From: an uncultured Gammaproteobacteria bacterium | Lineage (GTDB): Bacteria; Pseudomonadota; Gammaproteobacteria; UBA9214 | NCBI GenBank assembly: GCA_963827755.1 | Contig: CAWHCQ010000017.1 | Coordinates: forward strand, 46,071-110,070 | DNA length: 64,000 bases | Direction of reading: 5' to 3' | Shown: positions 45,849-57,302 of the stretch, one piece after another | How positions within the stretch are numbered: the first letter of the stretch is position 1 | How the letters are laid out: each line of letters opens with the position of its first letter | Program-made: the position numbers and the translations under genes | Notes under the pieces: generated by a model | The model's database searches: none | Seen by the model: only the letters and a program-made list of their open reading frames with translations | Told to the model about the DNA's origin: nothing

Positions 45849-46925
45849 ATGAACAATGATGCTATTACAAGGACCAGCGGGCTGCTGGTGTCACTGGCGG
45901 CCTTTGTCGTGGTGGTTGCGGGGATGAAGGCCGCGGCCCCGTTGCTGGTGCCTTTTTTGCTGGCCCTGTTTATTGCGGTGACGATTGCATCCCCCTACAG
46001 CTGGCTGCAGGGCAGGGGGCTGCCGCCCGGACTGGCGCTGCTGGTCGTGCTGGGCCTGTTTATCGGTGTCGTTTTCCTGATCGGCTCGCTGATCGGGACG
46101 TCGGTCGATGATTTCTCGCGCAGCTTTCCCGAATACCAGGCGCGCCTGAAGACTATGACGGATGGCCTGGTCACGTGGCTGGGCAGTATGGGTATTCATG
46201 TTTCAGGCGAACTGTTGTCCAGCTATATGGACCCGGCCAAGGCGATGAAGATGACGGCGAATATTCTCAGCGGCATGGGCGGCCTGCTGACCAACGGGTT
46301 TCTTATTATCATTACGGTGATTTTCCTGATGCTGGAGGCGGCCGGTTTTCCCGGCAAGTGGCGCGCGGCGCACCGCAACGCTGAAGACTCACTCGAGCGG
46401 ATCAATACAGCCATTCGCAATATCAACCAGTACATGGGAATCAAGACGCTCACCAGCCTCGCAACCGCTATCGTCATCGCCGCCTGGCTTGGCATCCTCG
46501 GTGTGGATTACGCCATGCTCTGGGGGATGCTTGCCTTCCTGCTTAATTTTGTGCCCAACATCGGTTCCATCATCGCCGCTGTACCGGCCGTGTTGCTCGC
46601 GCTGGTACAGCTGGGGGTTGCCTCGGCCGTATTGACGGGACTCGGCTACCTGGTGGCGAACGTGGTCATCGGCACGTTTCTCGAACCGCGCTTCATGGGC
46701 AAGGGCCTGGGGTTGTCGACCCTGGTGGTGTTTGTTTCACTGGTCTTCTGGGGCTGGGTGCTCGGGCCGGTGGGGATGCTGTTGTCGGTGCCGCTGACGA
46801 TCGTGATCAAGATTGCGCTGGACAGCAACGGCAATTCGCGCTGGATGGCCGTCATGCTGGGCCCCGGTGTCGCGCCCGAACCCCCGGCTGCCGACGACGC
46901 GCAGGCTGGGTCGCCCGAAGCCTGA
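45849..46925 (+). CDS. AI-2E family transporter
   Basis: FLLNFVPNIGS, EPRFMG..LGLS, FWGWVLGPVGMLLSVPLT. Confidence 0.9.
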   Translation: MNNDAITRTSGLLVSLAAFVVVVAGMKAAAPLLVPFLLALFIAVTIASPYSWLQGRGLPPGLALLVVLGLFIGVVFLIGSLIGTSVDDFSRSFPEYQARLKTMTDGLVTWLGSMGIHVSGELLSSYMDPAKAMKMTANILSGMGGLLTNGFLIIITVIFLMLEAAGFPGKWRAAHRNAEDSLERINTAIRNINQYMGIKTLTSLATAIVIAAWLGILGVDYAMLWGMLAFLLNFVPNIGSIIAAVPAVLLALVQLGVASAVLTGLGYLVANVVIGTFLEPRFMGKGLGLSTLVVFVSLVFWGWVLGPVGMLLSVPLTIVIKIALDSNGNSRWMAVMLGPGVAPEPPAADDAQAGSPEA

Positions 46926-47207
46926 TATCCGGTTTCGGCCCCGCTGCGCAGCTTAAATATAAGTTATTGATAGTTGAATGATTGTTGTGAATGTATTATG
47001 TTGCTCTGGCAGTTGCCAGGGAAGCTGGCCCAGCGCCGCCAGCGGGGCAGTTGAGTGGGAGTGGATTCAAGCTGTTTGAACGCCCTCTCATTCAATGTTT
47101 CAAGTCTTTGTGCATTCAAGACAGGCGAACGAGCGGTCGATAGACGGGTATCCGCGCTGCGGAAACTGGTCCTGTCACCCGGATCACACATTTGGAGATG
47201 CGCCATT

Positions 47208-47519
47208 ATGAAAAATTCACACAGAAAGCTGATTTCCTGCCTGATGGCTGCCGTGCTTGCTTTTGGCAGTCTGTCAATGGCCGGGCTGGCCTCGGCCGGT
47301 GAAACCTACGATTTCAATTCCAGGCCCAACAGCGGGGAAATCTTTTTAGATATGCTCATCATGAGGCCGGTGATGCTGGTGGGTACCGTCATCGGTGCCG
47401 CGGCATTTATCGTCAGTCTGCCATTCAGTGCACTTGGCGGAAATGTCGCTGATACGGCCGAGACACTGGTGATGGAGCCGGTGCAATATACCTTTCTGCG
47501 TCCGCTGGGAGATATTTAA
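47208..47519 (+). CDS. Conserved small exported/membrane protein
   Basis: GGAG RBS, signal peptide, D..MRP...SLPFSALGGN...P..YTF.RPLG. Confidence 0.7.
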   Translation: MKNSHRKLISCLMAAVLAFGSLSMAGLASAGETYDFNSRPNSGEIFLDMLIMRPVMLVGTVIGAAAFIVSLPFSALGGNVADTAETLVMEPVQYTFLRPLGDI

Positions 47520-47540
47520 CAGCGCCTGAATACGTTCTGC

Positions 47541-47580
47541 AAAGCCACGCATGCCGGAAATGGCTGCGTGGCTTTTTTTT
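47541..47580 (+). terminator. Intrinsic terminator
   Basis: AAGCCACGCA...TGCGTGGCTT followed by a T-run. Confidence 0.8.
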
Positions 47581-47679
47581 GCCTTCATGCGGCCACAAAA
47601 CCGGGCAGGTTGGCCTGTCCACTGTTTTGCTTTGCCAATAAGGCTTAACATGGCGGCCTTGTTACAGACGGGTGAGACG

Positions 47680-49186
<1,507 letters not shown>

Positions 49187-49256
49187 CCGGGATCATTCGG
49201 GTAGACTGCGTCACCCATTTGGCAGTATTGGTGTTACCTGTTTTTCGGAGTGGATT

Positions 49257-49622
49257 ATGGCACGTGTAACCGTTGAAGATTGTCTGGACAAGGTTGAAAA
49301 CCGCTTTCAGCTGGTGCTTGTTGCAACCAAGCGTGCCCGGCAGCTTGCGAATGGCGTGATGCCGCTGGTGGAGTGGGAAAATGACAAGCCCACCATTGTC
49401 GCGTTGCGCGAGATTGCCGATGGCCTGATTGACGCTTCCATTCTTGATGAGCCGCTTTACCCTGACCTGTCCATGAAAGAGACCGAAGAAGAGGCTGCCG
49501 CCGACGAGGCTGCTGGCTCCGCCGATGAAGCTGTTGAGGCGGCGCCTGCCGGCGAAACCGATACGGCCGCCGCTTCTGAAGATACCCCGGCGGAGGAAGC
49601 CGCGTCGAAAGACGCCGACTGA
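49257..49622 (+). CDS. rpoZ: RNA polymerase omega subunit with acidic C-terminal extension
   Basis: MARVTVEDC...[24 protein letters not shown]. Confidence 0.97.
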   Translation: MARVTVEDCLDKVENRFQLVLVATKRARQLANGVMPLVEWENDKPTIVALREIADGLIDASILDEPLYPDLSMKETEEEAAADEAAGSADEAVEAAPAGETDTAAASEDTPAEEAASKDAD

Positions 49623-49790
49623 GCCCGGTTCCACCCGCCACTGCCCCCGCCCCGGGGGCCGCAGGCTTTTACCCGCACAATCCTTTTCCCCCGTCGGGCC
49701 GATTCGACCTGCATGCTTACCTGTGCACGGTATTGGGGTTATAGTCCGGTAACTGAAGACAATAAACCCGAGGCGGAATGCTGACGATCA

Positions 49791-51968
49791 GTGTCGGCCT
49801 GGCTACAGCGGATGGCAAGAAGACAGGAAATACCCGGCGATGACGAATCGCGTTTTTTAATCAGTGACCTGCTCAGGTTGCTGGAAACCTACCTTGAGCC
49901 GGAACAGGTGCAGGAGGTTTACCGGGCCTACCTGTTTGGCGCTGAAGCACACGAGGGGCAGCATCGTCTCAGTGGCGAGCCCTATATCTATCACCCCGTT
50001 GCAGCCGCGCAAATTCTCGCTGAACTGCGGCTTGACCATAAATCAATCATTGCCGCGATTCTTCATGATGTGATCGAGGACACCTCGACGGTGAAGGAGC
50101 AGATCACTGCCAGTTTCGGCAGTGATGTCGCGGAACTCGTCGACGGTGTCAGCAAGTTGACCCAGATTGAATTTGAAAGCGCGGCGGAGGCCCAGGCCGA
50201 GAATTTCCGCAAGATGCTGCTCGCCATGGTGCGCGATATCCGCGTCATCCTCGTCAAGCTGGCCGACCGCCTGCACAACATGCGCACGCTCGGCGTGATG
50301 CGCCCTGACAAGCGTCGCCGTATTGCCCGGGAGACGCTCGATATCTATGCGCCGATAGCCCACCGGCTGGGCATCAATTCCGTGCGCGTAGAGCTCGAAG
50401 ACCTCGGCTTCGAAGCGCTCTATCCACTGCGCTACAAGGTCCTGAAAAAAGCGGTGCATGAGGCGCGCGGCCACCGCAAGGAGGTGTTGAACAAGATCGA
50501 GAAATCCCTCAAGCGGCGCTTGCGTCAGGAAAAGATTTCCGGCCGGGTCCTTGGCCGCGAGAAGCATCTCTACAGCCTCTATAAAAAAATCCGCGACAAG
50601 ACCCTGTCGTTTGAAGAGACCTACGACGTGTATGCCTTTCGTGTCGTCGTCGAGGAGGTCGACAACTGTTACCGTGTACTCGGTGTGGTGCATAACCTGT
50701 TCAAACCGGTGCCGGGGAAATTCAAGGACTATATCGCCATACCCAAGGCAAATGGCTACCAGTCCCTGCATACCATTCTGTTCGGTCCCTATGGTGTACC
50801 GATAGAAGTCCAGATTCGCACCGAGGAAATGGACAGGGTTGCAGAAGCGGGGGTTGCGGCGCACTGGGTATACAAATCCGGCGAGGAGAATATCGACCAG
50901 ATGAACTCGGGCGCACGCGAGTGGTTGCGCGAGCTGCTGGAAATGCAGAAGCATGCCGGTAATTCACTCGAGTTCCTGGAGAACGTCAAGCTCGACCTGT
51001 TTCCGGATGCTGTGTACGTGTTTACGCCGGCGGGTGAAATCATGAAGCTGCCGCATGGTGCAACGGTCGTCGACTTCGCCTATTCGGTTCATACCGACGT
51101 CGGTAATACCTGTATTGCAGCAAAAATTGATCGTCAGCTGGTGCCGCTGCGTACCACGCTGCACAACGGACAGACGGTAGAAATTATTACTGCCGACGGC
51201 GGCCGTCCGAGTCCCGCCTGGTTGAGTTTTGTCGTGTCTGCAAAGGCGCGCTCGAATATTCGCCATCACCAGAAGAACCTGAAACGTGAAGAGGCCATCG
51301 ATCTGGGGCGGCGCATGCTTGATCGTGCACTGGCCGTGTTTGACAGTTCGGCGGAGAAGGTGTCCGGGGAACAGTTACAGTTCTTGTTGAAAAGCTATCA
51401 CCTGGCAACGGTCGATGACCTGCTTGTAGAGATTGGTATGGGTCGCCGGCCGTCAGTGCTGGCCGCGCGCGCCCTGGCTTCGGTCAGCGACGGTGATGAC
51501 AGTGCGCGCGATGAAAGAAAGATACGACCGTTGGTGATCAAGGGTACCGAGGGCATGGTGACGCGTTTCTCGAAATGCTGCCGCCCTATACCGGGAGACC
51601 CGGTGGTTGCTATTATCACCGGCGGACGTGGCATCATGATCCATACACAGACCTGCAGGAATATTTCCGAGGGCAAGGTTTCCGCTGAGAACTACCTCGA
51701 TGTTCAATGGGAGCCGGGACTGGATGAGGAATTTCCTGTAGAAGTCAGTGTGGTTGTCGAGGAGCGGCGCGGAATGCTGGCAACGGTGGCCGCCGCTATC
51801 GGCGATGCCGGCGCGAATATTGAAAATGTCGGTATCGAGGATGGTGACGGTCTGTCCAATACCCTGAAATTCAGGCTTGCTGTGCACAACCGTGAGCACC
51901 TGGCGAGTATCATGCGCCGGGTGCGCAGCATTCCTGAAGTGATACGCATCAGCCGGGATAAACGTTGA
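49791..51968 (+). CDS. spoT: Bifunctional (p)ppGpp synthetase/hydrolase
   Basis: HDVIED, KLADRLHNMRTL, KANGYQSLHT, TGS and ACT domains; follows rpoZ. Confidence 0.95.
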   Translation: MSAWLQRMARRQEIPGDDESRFLISDLLRLLETYLEPEQVQEVYRAYLFGAEAHEGQHRLSGEPYIYHPVAAAQILAELRLDHKSIIAAILHDVIEDTSTVKEQITASFGSDVAELVDGVSKLTQIEFESAAEAQAENFRKMLLAMVRDIRVILVKLADRLHNMRTLGVMRPDKRRRIARETLDIYAPIAHRLGINSVRVELEDLGFEALYPLRYKVLKKAVHEARGHRKEVLNKIEKSLKRRLRQEKISGRVLGREKHLYSLYKKIRDKTLSFEETYDVYAFRVVVEEVDNCYRVLGVVHNLFKPVPGKFKDYIAIPKANGYQSLHTILFGPYGVPIEVQIRTEEMDRVAEAGVAAHWVYKSGEENIDQMNSGAREWLRELLEMQKHAGNSLEFLENVKLDLFPDAVYVFTPAGEIMKLPHGATVVDFAYSVHTDVGNTCIAAKIDRQLVPLRTTLHNGQTVEIITADGGRPSPAWLSFVVSAKARSNIRHHQKNLKREEAIDLGRRMLDRALAVFDSSAEKVSGEQLQFLLKSYHLATVDDLLVEIGMGRRPSVLAARALASVSDGDDSARDERKIRPLVIKGTEGMVTRFSKCCRPIPGDPVVAIITGGRGIMIHTQTCRNISEGKVSAENYLDVQWEPGLDEEFPVEVSVVVEERRGMLATVAAAIGDAGANIENVGIEDGDGLSNTLKFRLAVHNREHLASIMRRVRSIPEVIRISRDKR

Positions 51969-52093
51969 GGTTAGCCATGCCGGAGCAGGGTGTCGTGGGC
52001 CGCTCGCAGATTCAAAACAGAATGCCTTCTTCCTGATCCTCTGCCCTGGAGAGAGGAGAGATATGGGGGCAGCAACTTTTTAAAGGACATTAC

Positions 52094-52480
52094 ATGACAC
52101 GCCAGACAATTCAGACCGACCGTGCGCCACAGGCAATCGGTACCTACTCACAGGCCGTGCGCTGCGGATCCACCGTTTATATTTCGGGTCAGATCCCGCT
52201 GGTTCCGGGAACCATGCAACTGGTCGAAGGTGATATGGAAGCCCAGATCAGGCGTGTGTTAGACAACCTTTCGGCGGTTGCAGAGGCTGCGGGCGGGTCA
52301 CTCGATGATGTGGCCAAGCTGAATGTCTTCCTGGTTGACCTCGCACACTTTGCACTGGTGAACGAAATCATGGCCGGCTATTTCAACGAACCCTACCCGG
52401 CCCGCGCCGCCATCGGTGTCGCGGCCCTGCCGAAGGGTGCGCAGGTGGAGATGGATGCAGTTCTGGAACTGAAAAGCTGA
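52094..52480 (+). CDS. ridA: RidA family enamine deaminase
   Basis: [24 protein letters not shown]. Confidence 0.9.
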   Translation: MTRQTIQTDRAPQAIGTYSQAVRCGSTVYISGQIPLVPGTMQLVEGDMEAQIRRVLDNLSAVAEAAGGSLDDVAKLNVFLVDLAHFALVNEIMAGYFNEPYPARAAIGVAALPKGAQVEMDAVLELKS

Positions 52481-52531
52481 AAACCGGCTCGCGCAAAAAA
52501 CATTGCGTCCTGGCGCGAGCCGATCTTTGAA

Positions 52532-54640
52532 TTGAACAAGGCACCTGAACAATCAGCCCAGCTCGACACCGTGCCGGTGACGGTACTCAAGGGCGTAGGT
52601 CCGCGCGTTGCCGCGCGCCTCGAGCGGCTCGGTATCCGTACCGTGCAGGATGTGTTGTTTCACTTGCCGATGCGTTATGAAGACCGCACCCGGGTGATGC
52701 CGATGGGTACGCTGCGCCACGGACAACATGTGGTGGTGCAGGGCACAGTGGACCTGGCCGAGGTGAGTTTCGGGCGCAGACGCTCATTGCTGGTGCGTAT
52801 CAGTGACGGCACCGGTGATCTGACGCTGCGGTTTTTTCATTTCAATGCGGCGCAAAAAGCGGGTTTCGAACGCGGCCGGGGGATTCGCTGTTACGGTGAA
52901 GTGCGCAGGGGTGCGGCAACCCTGGAGATGATTCATCCCGAATACCAGCTTGTCGATCCGCATGAGCCTGTAGCGACAGAAGACCACCTGACGCCTGTTT
53001 ACCCGGCCACCGAGGGTGTGCATCAGCTGACGCTGCGCGCCCTTACCGAGCAGGCCCTGGCTTACCTGGATGGAGAACATGCGCATGCCCTGGTTGACTG
53101 GTTGCCTGCGGAGCTGGTGGCGGCGTTTAAAATGACATCCTTGTCAGCGGCCTTGCGTTATGTGCATCGGCCTCCGGTGAATGCCCGTGTCGAGTCCCTG
53201 AGCGAGGGCAGTCACCCGGCACAGCAGCGCCTGGCCTTTGAAGAGTTGCTGGCCCATCACCTCAGCCTGCGGCGTGTACGTTTGCGTGCCGAACATACGG
53301 CAGCCCCGGCCTTTGGCGATGCAGGCAAGCTGGCGGGGGCCTTTGTAAAATCATTGCCCTTTGCGCTGACGGCGGCACAGCTGCGTGTCAACAGGGAGAT
53401 ACAGGCGGATCTTGTGCGCGCACATCCGATGGCGCGCCTGGTGCAGGGTGACGTTGGCTCCGGCAAGACCGTGGTTGCAGCCTGCGCGGCATTGACGGCC
53501 GTCGAGTCCGGCTACCAGGTCGCCCTGATGGCGCCGACTGAATTACTCGCCGAACAGCATTATCGAAGCTTCAGTGAATGGCTGGCACCGCTGGACATAA
53601 GGCTTGTCTGGCACGCCGGCAAGGCCAGGGGCAAGGCGCGCGCGGCCGCATTGCAGGCAATAGGCAGCGGTGAAGCCGCCATAGCGATCGGTACGCATGC
53701 CCTGTTTCAGGAAGAGGTGGAGTTTGCGAAGCTGGGCCTGGTCATTATCGACGAGCAGCACCGCTTCGGGGTGCATCAGCGGCTGGCCTTGCGTGACAAG
53801 GGGCGTGCAGGCAGGGCCCGTCCACACCAGCTGGTGATGACCGCAACACCGATTCCGCGCACGCTGGCAATGACGGTTTATGCAGACCTGGACACATCGA
53901 TCATTGATGAGCTGCCGCCGGGCAGGGAACCGGTGAAGACCGTCGTTATCGCCCAGGATCGTCGCGAGGAAGTGATCCAGTCGGTAAACAAGGCCTGCCT
54001 GTCGGGAAGACAGGCGTACTGGGTGTGTACGCTGATTGAAGAATCGGAGGTATTGCAGTGCCAGGCGGCAGAAAAGACGCTGGAACTGCTGACCGGCAGC
54101 CTGCCGGACCTGCGTATCGGGCTGGTGCACGGCCGGCTCAAGGCTGCAGAGAAAGAGGCCATGATGGCGGCCTTCAAGGCCGCTGAGCTTGACCTGCTGG
54201 TTGCCACGACCGTCATCGAAGTGGGTGTCGATGTGCCCAATGCAAGCCTGATGATCATCGAGAACCCGGAACGTCTCGGCCTGGCGCAGCTGCACCAGCT
54301 GCGCGGCCGGGTGGGCCGCGGCCGCCGGCAGAGCAGCTGTGTGCTGCTGTATCAGCCGCCGCTGTCCGCCAGTGCCCGTGACCGGCTTGCCGTCCTGCGT
54401 GAGACGGGTGATGGCTTCGAGATTGCGCGCCGGGACATGGAGCTGCGCGGACCCGGTGAGGTACTGGGAACACGCCAGACCGGCGAAATGCAATTTCATA
54501 TTGCCGACCTGCTGCGCGACGAAGTCCTGCTTGCCGCGGTGGAACAAGCAGCGACCCGCTTGCTCGCCAGTCATCCGGAGAATGTCGACCCGCTTATCCG
54601 GCGCTGGCTGGGCGAGTCGGTGCATTATGGCGAGGTCTAG
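52532..54640 (+). CDS. recG: ATP-dependent DNA helicase RecG
   Basis: QGDVGSGKT, DEQHRFGV, MTATPIPR, QLHQLRGRVGRG. Confidence 0.98.
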   Translation: MNKAPEQSAQLDTVPVTVLKGVGPRVAARLERLGIRTVQDVLFHLPMRYEDRTRVMPMGTLRHGQHVVVQGTVDLAEVSFGRRRSLLVRISDGTGDLTLRFFHFNAAQKAGFERGRGIRCYGEVRRGAATLEMIHPEYQLVDPHEPVATEDHLTPVYPATEGVHQLTLRALTEQALAYLDGEHAHALVDWLPAELVAAFKMTSLSAALRYVHRPPVNARVESLSEGSHPAQQRLAFEELLAHHLSLRRVRLRAEHTAAPAFGDAGKLAGAFVKSLPFALTAAQLRVNREIQADLVRAHPMARLVQGDVGSGKTVVAACAALTAVESGYQVALMAPTELLAEQHYRSFSEWLAPLDIRLVWHAGKARGKARAAALQAIGSGEAAIAIGTHALFQEEVEFAKLGLVIIDEQHRFGVHQRLALRDKGRAGRARPHQLVMTATPIPRTLAMTVYADLDTSIIDELPPGREPVKTVVIAQDRREEVIQSVNKACLSGRQAYWVCTLIEESEVLQCQAAEKTLELLTGSLPDLRIGLVHGRLKAAEKEAMMAAFKAAELDLLVATTVIEVGVDVPNASLMIIENPERLGLAQLHQLRGRVGRGRRQSSCVLLYQPPLSASARDRLAVLRETGDGFEIARRDMELRGPGEVLGTRQTGEMQFHIADLLRDEVLLAAVEQAATRLLASHPENVDPLIRRWLGESVHYGEV

Positions 54641-54749
54641 TCCCGGTGCCTTGCAACTGCGGTCTGTTCCGGCTTGAAAAAAGACCAACATCCCGGGTGT
54701 GAGAAACATGCGATAATCCCGCCCGGTCAAATCCCGGACTGAAGGAACA

Positions 54750-55343
54750 GTGAATACCATCCACACCCGATTGGCCGCGACGCGCTGGCGGCCGCACCCT
54801 TTTTACCTGCGGGCAGCGATCCCGCGGCGGCTATGCAGCTGGTTACTGGATCCGGCGTCGCTGACCCTGCGACTGCAGGGCCTGTGCCCGGGAAGGTTCA
54901 GGGTGCGCCTGTTGTCCCTGGGGTGGGGACCACCACGGCTGGACGAGGCGCTGGCGCTGGGCATGAGACATGGCGAGCGCGCTGTTATCCGCCAGGTGCA
55001 CCTGCTGTGCGGCGACAGCCCCTGGGTGTATGCGCGCACCGTCATTCCCGCCACCTCGATGCGTGGCAAGCTGCGGCGCCTCGCGCATCTCGGCACCCGT
55101 CCGCTTGGCGCCATGCTGTTTGCCGATCCGGGAATGCAACGCGGGCCGGTCGAGCTTGCGAACATCGGGCCCGGGGAGCCCTTGTTCACGGATGCGACCC
55201 GTCATATGCGGCAACAACCCGGGGATATCTGGGGGCGGCGTTCGGTGTTCAGGATTGCGCACAAGCCGCTGCTGGTGAGCGAAATATTCCTGCCGCAATT
55301 TCCTGCCGGTGGTGTGGCAAGTCCGGCCTGGAAAAACCGTTGA
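54750..55343 (+). CDS. ubiC: Chorismate pyruvate-lyase
   Basis: WLLD..SLT.RL, PWVYARTVIP, RPLG, WGRRS.F, LLVSEIFLP. Confidence 0.9.
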   Translation: MNTIHTRLAATRWRPHPFYLRAAIPRRLCSWLLDPASLTLRLQGLCPGRFRVRLLSLGWGPPRLDEALALGMRHGERAVIRQVHLLCGDSPWVYARTVIPATSMRGKLRRLAHLGTRPLGAMLFADPGMQRGPVELANIGPGEPLFTDATRHMRQQPGDIWGRRSVFRIAHKPLLVSEIFLPQFPAGGVASPAWKNR

Positions 55344-55414
55344 CCACAAGGGTGTTAATCTCCGTCACGGGATTCATGGAGGAACAGGGAAAGATAAATT
55401 AACATCCCCTTTGG

Positions 55415-55590
55415 CCACGGAAGCACACGGAAATTCACGGAAAGATTAATCAATCTCCATTTTAACCACGAAGGCATAAGGAATAATGCTGAAATATCCA
55501 TCAACATTCCCTCTCCCGCCGGGAGAGGGCCAGGGAGAGGGGGTAAATCGGGGTTCTTCTGTAATCGATTTTTTCCGTGTATTTCCGTGG
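55415..55590. repeat. Composite orphan repeat: CACGGAA units, CCCTCTCCC hairpin, inverted TTCCGTG units
   Basis: CACGGAA at 55416, 55426, 55436; CCCTCTCCC-GCC-GGGAGAGGG 55509-55529; TTCCGTG at 55573 and 55583. Confidence 0.75.
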
Positions 55591-55607
55591 TTTTTTAACA
55601 GGACCTG

Positions 55608-56478
55608 GTGACGATGTTACGTACCGACCATATTCAGGATTACATCAGGCTGATGCGGCTTGACCGGCCAATCGGGATTTTCCTGCTGTTGTGGCCGACA
55701 CTCTGGGCCTTGTTGATTGCCGGCAAGGGTGAGCCGGATTTTGAGATTCTGCTCATCTTTGTAGCGGGTGTAATACTGATGCGTTCGGCAGGCTGCGTGA
55801 TCAATGATTATGCTGACCGGGACTTTGATCGACATGTTTCGCGCACCGAGGACCGACCGCTGGCAGCGGGCCGTATTCATCCCGCCGAGGCCCTGTTTAT
55901 TTTTGTCCTGTTGAGCGGTAGCTGCCTTTCTGCTGGTATTGCTGCTCAACAGGCTGACGGTGCTGCTGTCTCTTGTTGGCATCGGGCTTGCCGCCAGTTA
56001 TCCGTTTATGAAGCGCCTGACCCATCTGCCACAGGTCTATCTCGGTGCGGCATTTGGCTGGGCGGTACCGATGGTGTTTGCAGCACAGACGAACACGGTG
56101 CCGCCGCTTGCCTGGCTGATGTTTACGGCAACGGTTTTGTGGGCAACCGTCTACGACACCATGTATGCCATGGTCGACCGTGATGACGATATTGCCCTGG
56201 GTGTGAAGTCGACGGCCATCCTGTTCGGTGATCTTGACCGCAGGATTATCGGCTTGATCCAGGTAATGCTGCTGGTTTGCCTGCTGATGATTGGCCACCA
56301 GGCCGAACTCGGGCTGTACTATTATCTGGGTGTCATGGTTGCCGCCGGGCTGGCCGCCTGGCAGCAGTACCTGATTCGCTATCGTGACCGTGACGGCTGC
56401 TTCAGTGCTTTTATGAATAACAACTGGTTCGGCGCCGCCGTTTTTCTCGGTATTTACCTGGACTACCTGGTGGTCTGA
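55608..56478 (+). CDS. ubiA: 4-hydroxybenzoate polyprenyltransferase (apparent frameshift ~55918)
   Basis: [25 protein letters not shown]; YPFMKR and [13 protein letters not shown] in ORF 55939..56478. Confidence 0.92.
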
Positions 56479-56489
56479 CTGTCCTTTTG

Positions 56490-57221
56490 TTACCGCGCCT
56501 GTCCGCTGCCCGCCCGTGCAAGCACCCACACATCAACCTGTTTTGCCCCGGCCCGCTTCAGGGTGCGTGCCAGTTCACTGCTGGTATGTCCCGTTGTCAT
56601 GACATCGTCAATGATTGCTATGTGGCTGGCTGCCAGTGTTTTTCTGACCATAAAGGCACCGCGCATGTTTTTTGCGCGCTCGGCCCGCGGCAGCAGTGAT
56701 TGCGGCAGCGTGCGCCGGGTGCGTATGCACAGCCGGTAATCAACACGAATGCCGAGGGCGTGCCCGAGATGCCGCGCCAGCTCGGTAGACTGGTTGAAGC
56801 CGCGTTCGCGCAAGCGTGCGTAATGCAGCGGCACCGGCAGTATCAGGTCGGGCAGGGAGGTCAATGACCCGCCGATGCGTTCTGCCAGCAAGCGGGAAAA
56901 GAACGGGGATATCGCGAGTTCACTGGAGAATTTCAGCCGCTTGACCAGGTAGTCGAACGGTGGCTGGTAGTGAAACAATGCCAGCGTCTGATCAAACCCG
57001 GGCGGGTGTTGCTGGCAGCGCCCGCAGAGCGAACCGACCGCAGCCGCGGGCAGCGGCAGGCTGCAACGGATGCAGCCATAATTCAGCCAGGGGAGGTCGT
57101 TCAGGCAATGCGGGCAGAGCTGCTCACACGCAGCTACAGCGGTGCCACACAGGCGGCAATGCGCCGGGAATATCAGCGACAGCAGCTGCTCGACGCTTAC
57201 TTGTAAACCATTAATCTTCAT
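56490..57221 (-). CDS. comF: ComF family protein
   Basis: Double zinc ribbon, PVPLH..R..RGFNQ, IDDVMTTG. Confidence 0.9.
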   Translation of the reverse strand: MKINGLQVSVEQLLSLIFPAHCRLCGTAVAACEQLCPHCLNDLPWLNYGCIRCSLPLPAAAVGSLCGRCQQHPPGFDQTLALFHYQPPFDYLVKRLKFSSELAISPFFSRLLAERIGGSLTSLPDLILPVPLHYARLRERGFNQSTELARHLGHALGIRVDYRLCIRTRRTLPQSLLPRAERAKNMRGAFMVRKTLAASHIAIIDDVMTTGHTSSELARTLKRAGAKQVDVWVLARAGSGQAR

Positions 57222-57232
57222 CCAGGTTGACA
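57201..57232. promoter_or_regulatory. BirA (biotin repressor) operator
   Basis: TTGTAAACC-N15-GGTTGACA, 70 bp upstream of bioB. Confidence 0.85.
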
Positions 57233-57302
57233 GCCGAAAAGATCGGCTCCATAGTCCATCCCGCTGTTGTGCAAAATTTTCCCGTCTATCCGGTTGTAAT
57301 TT

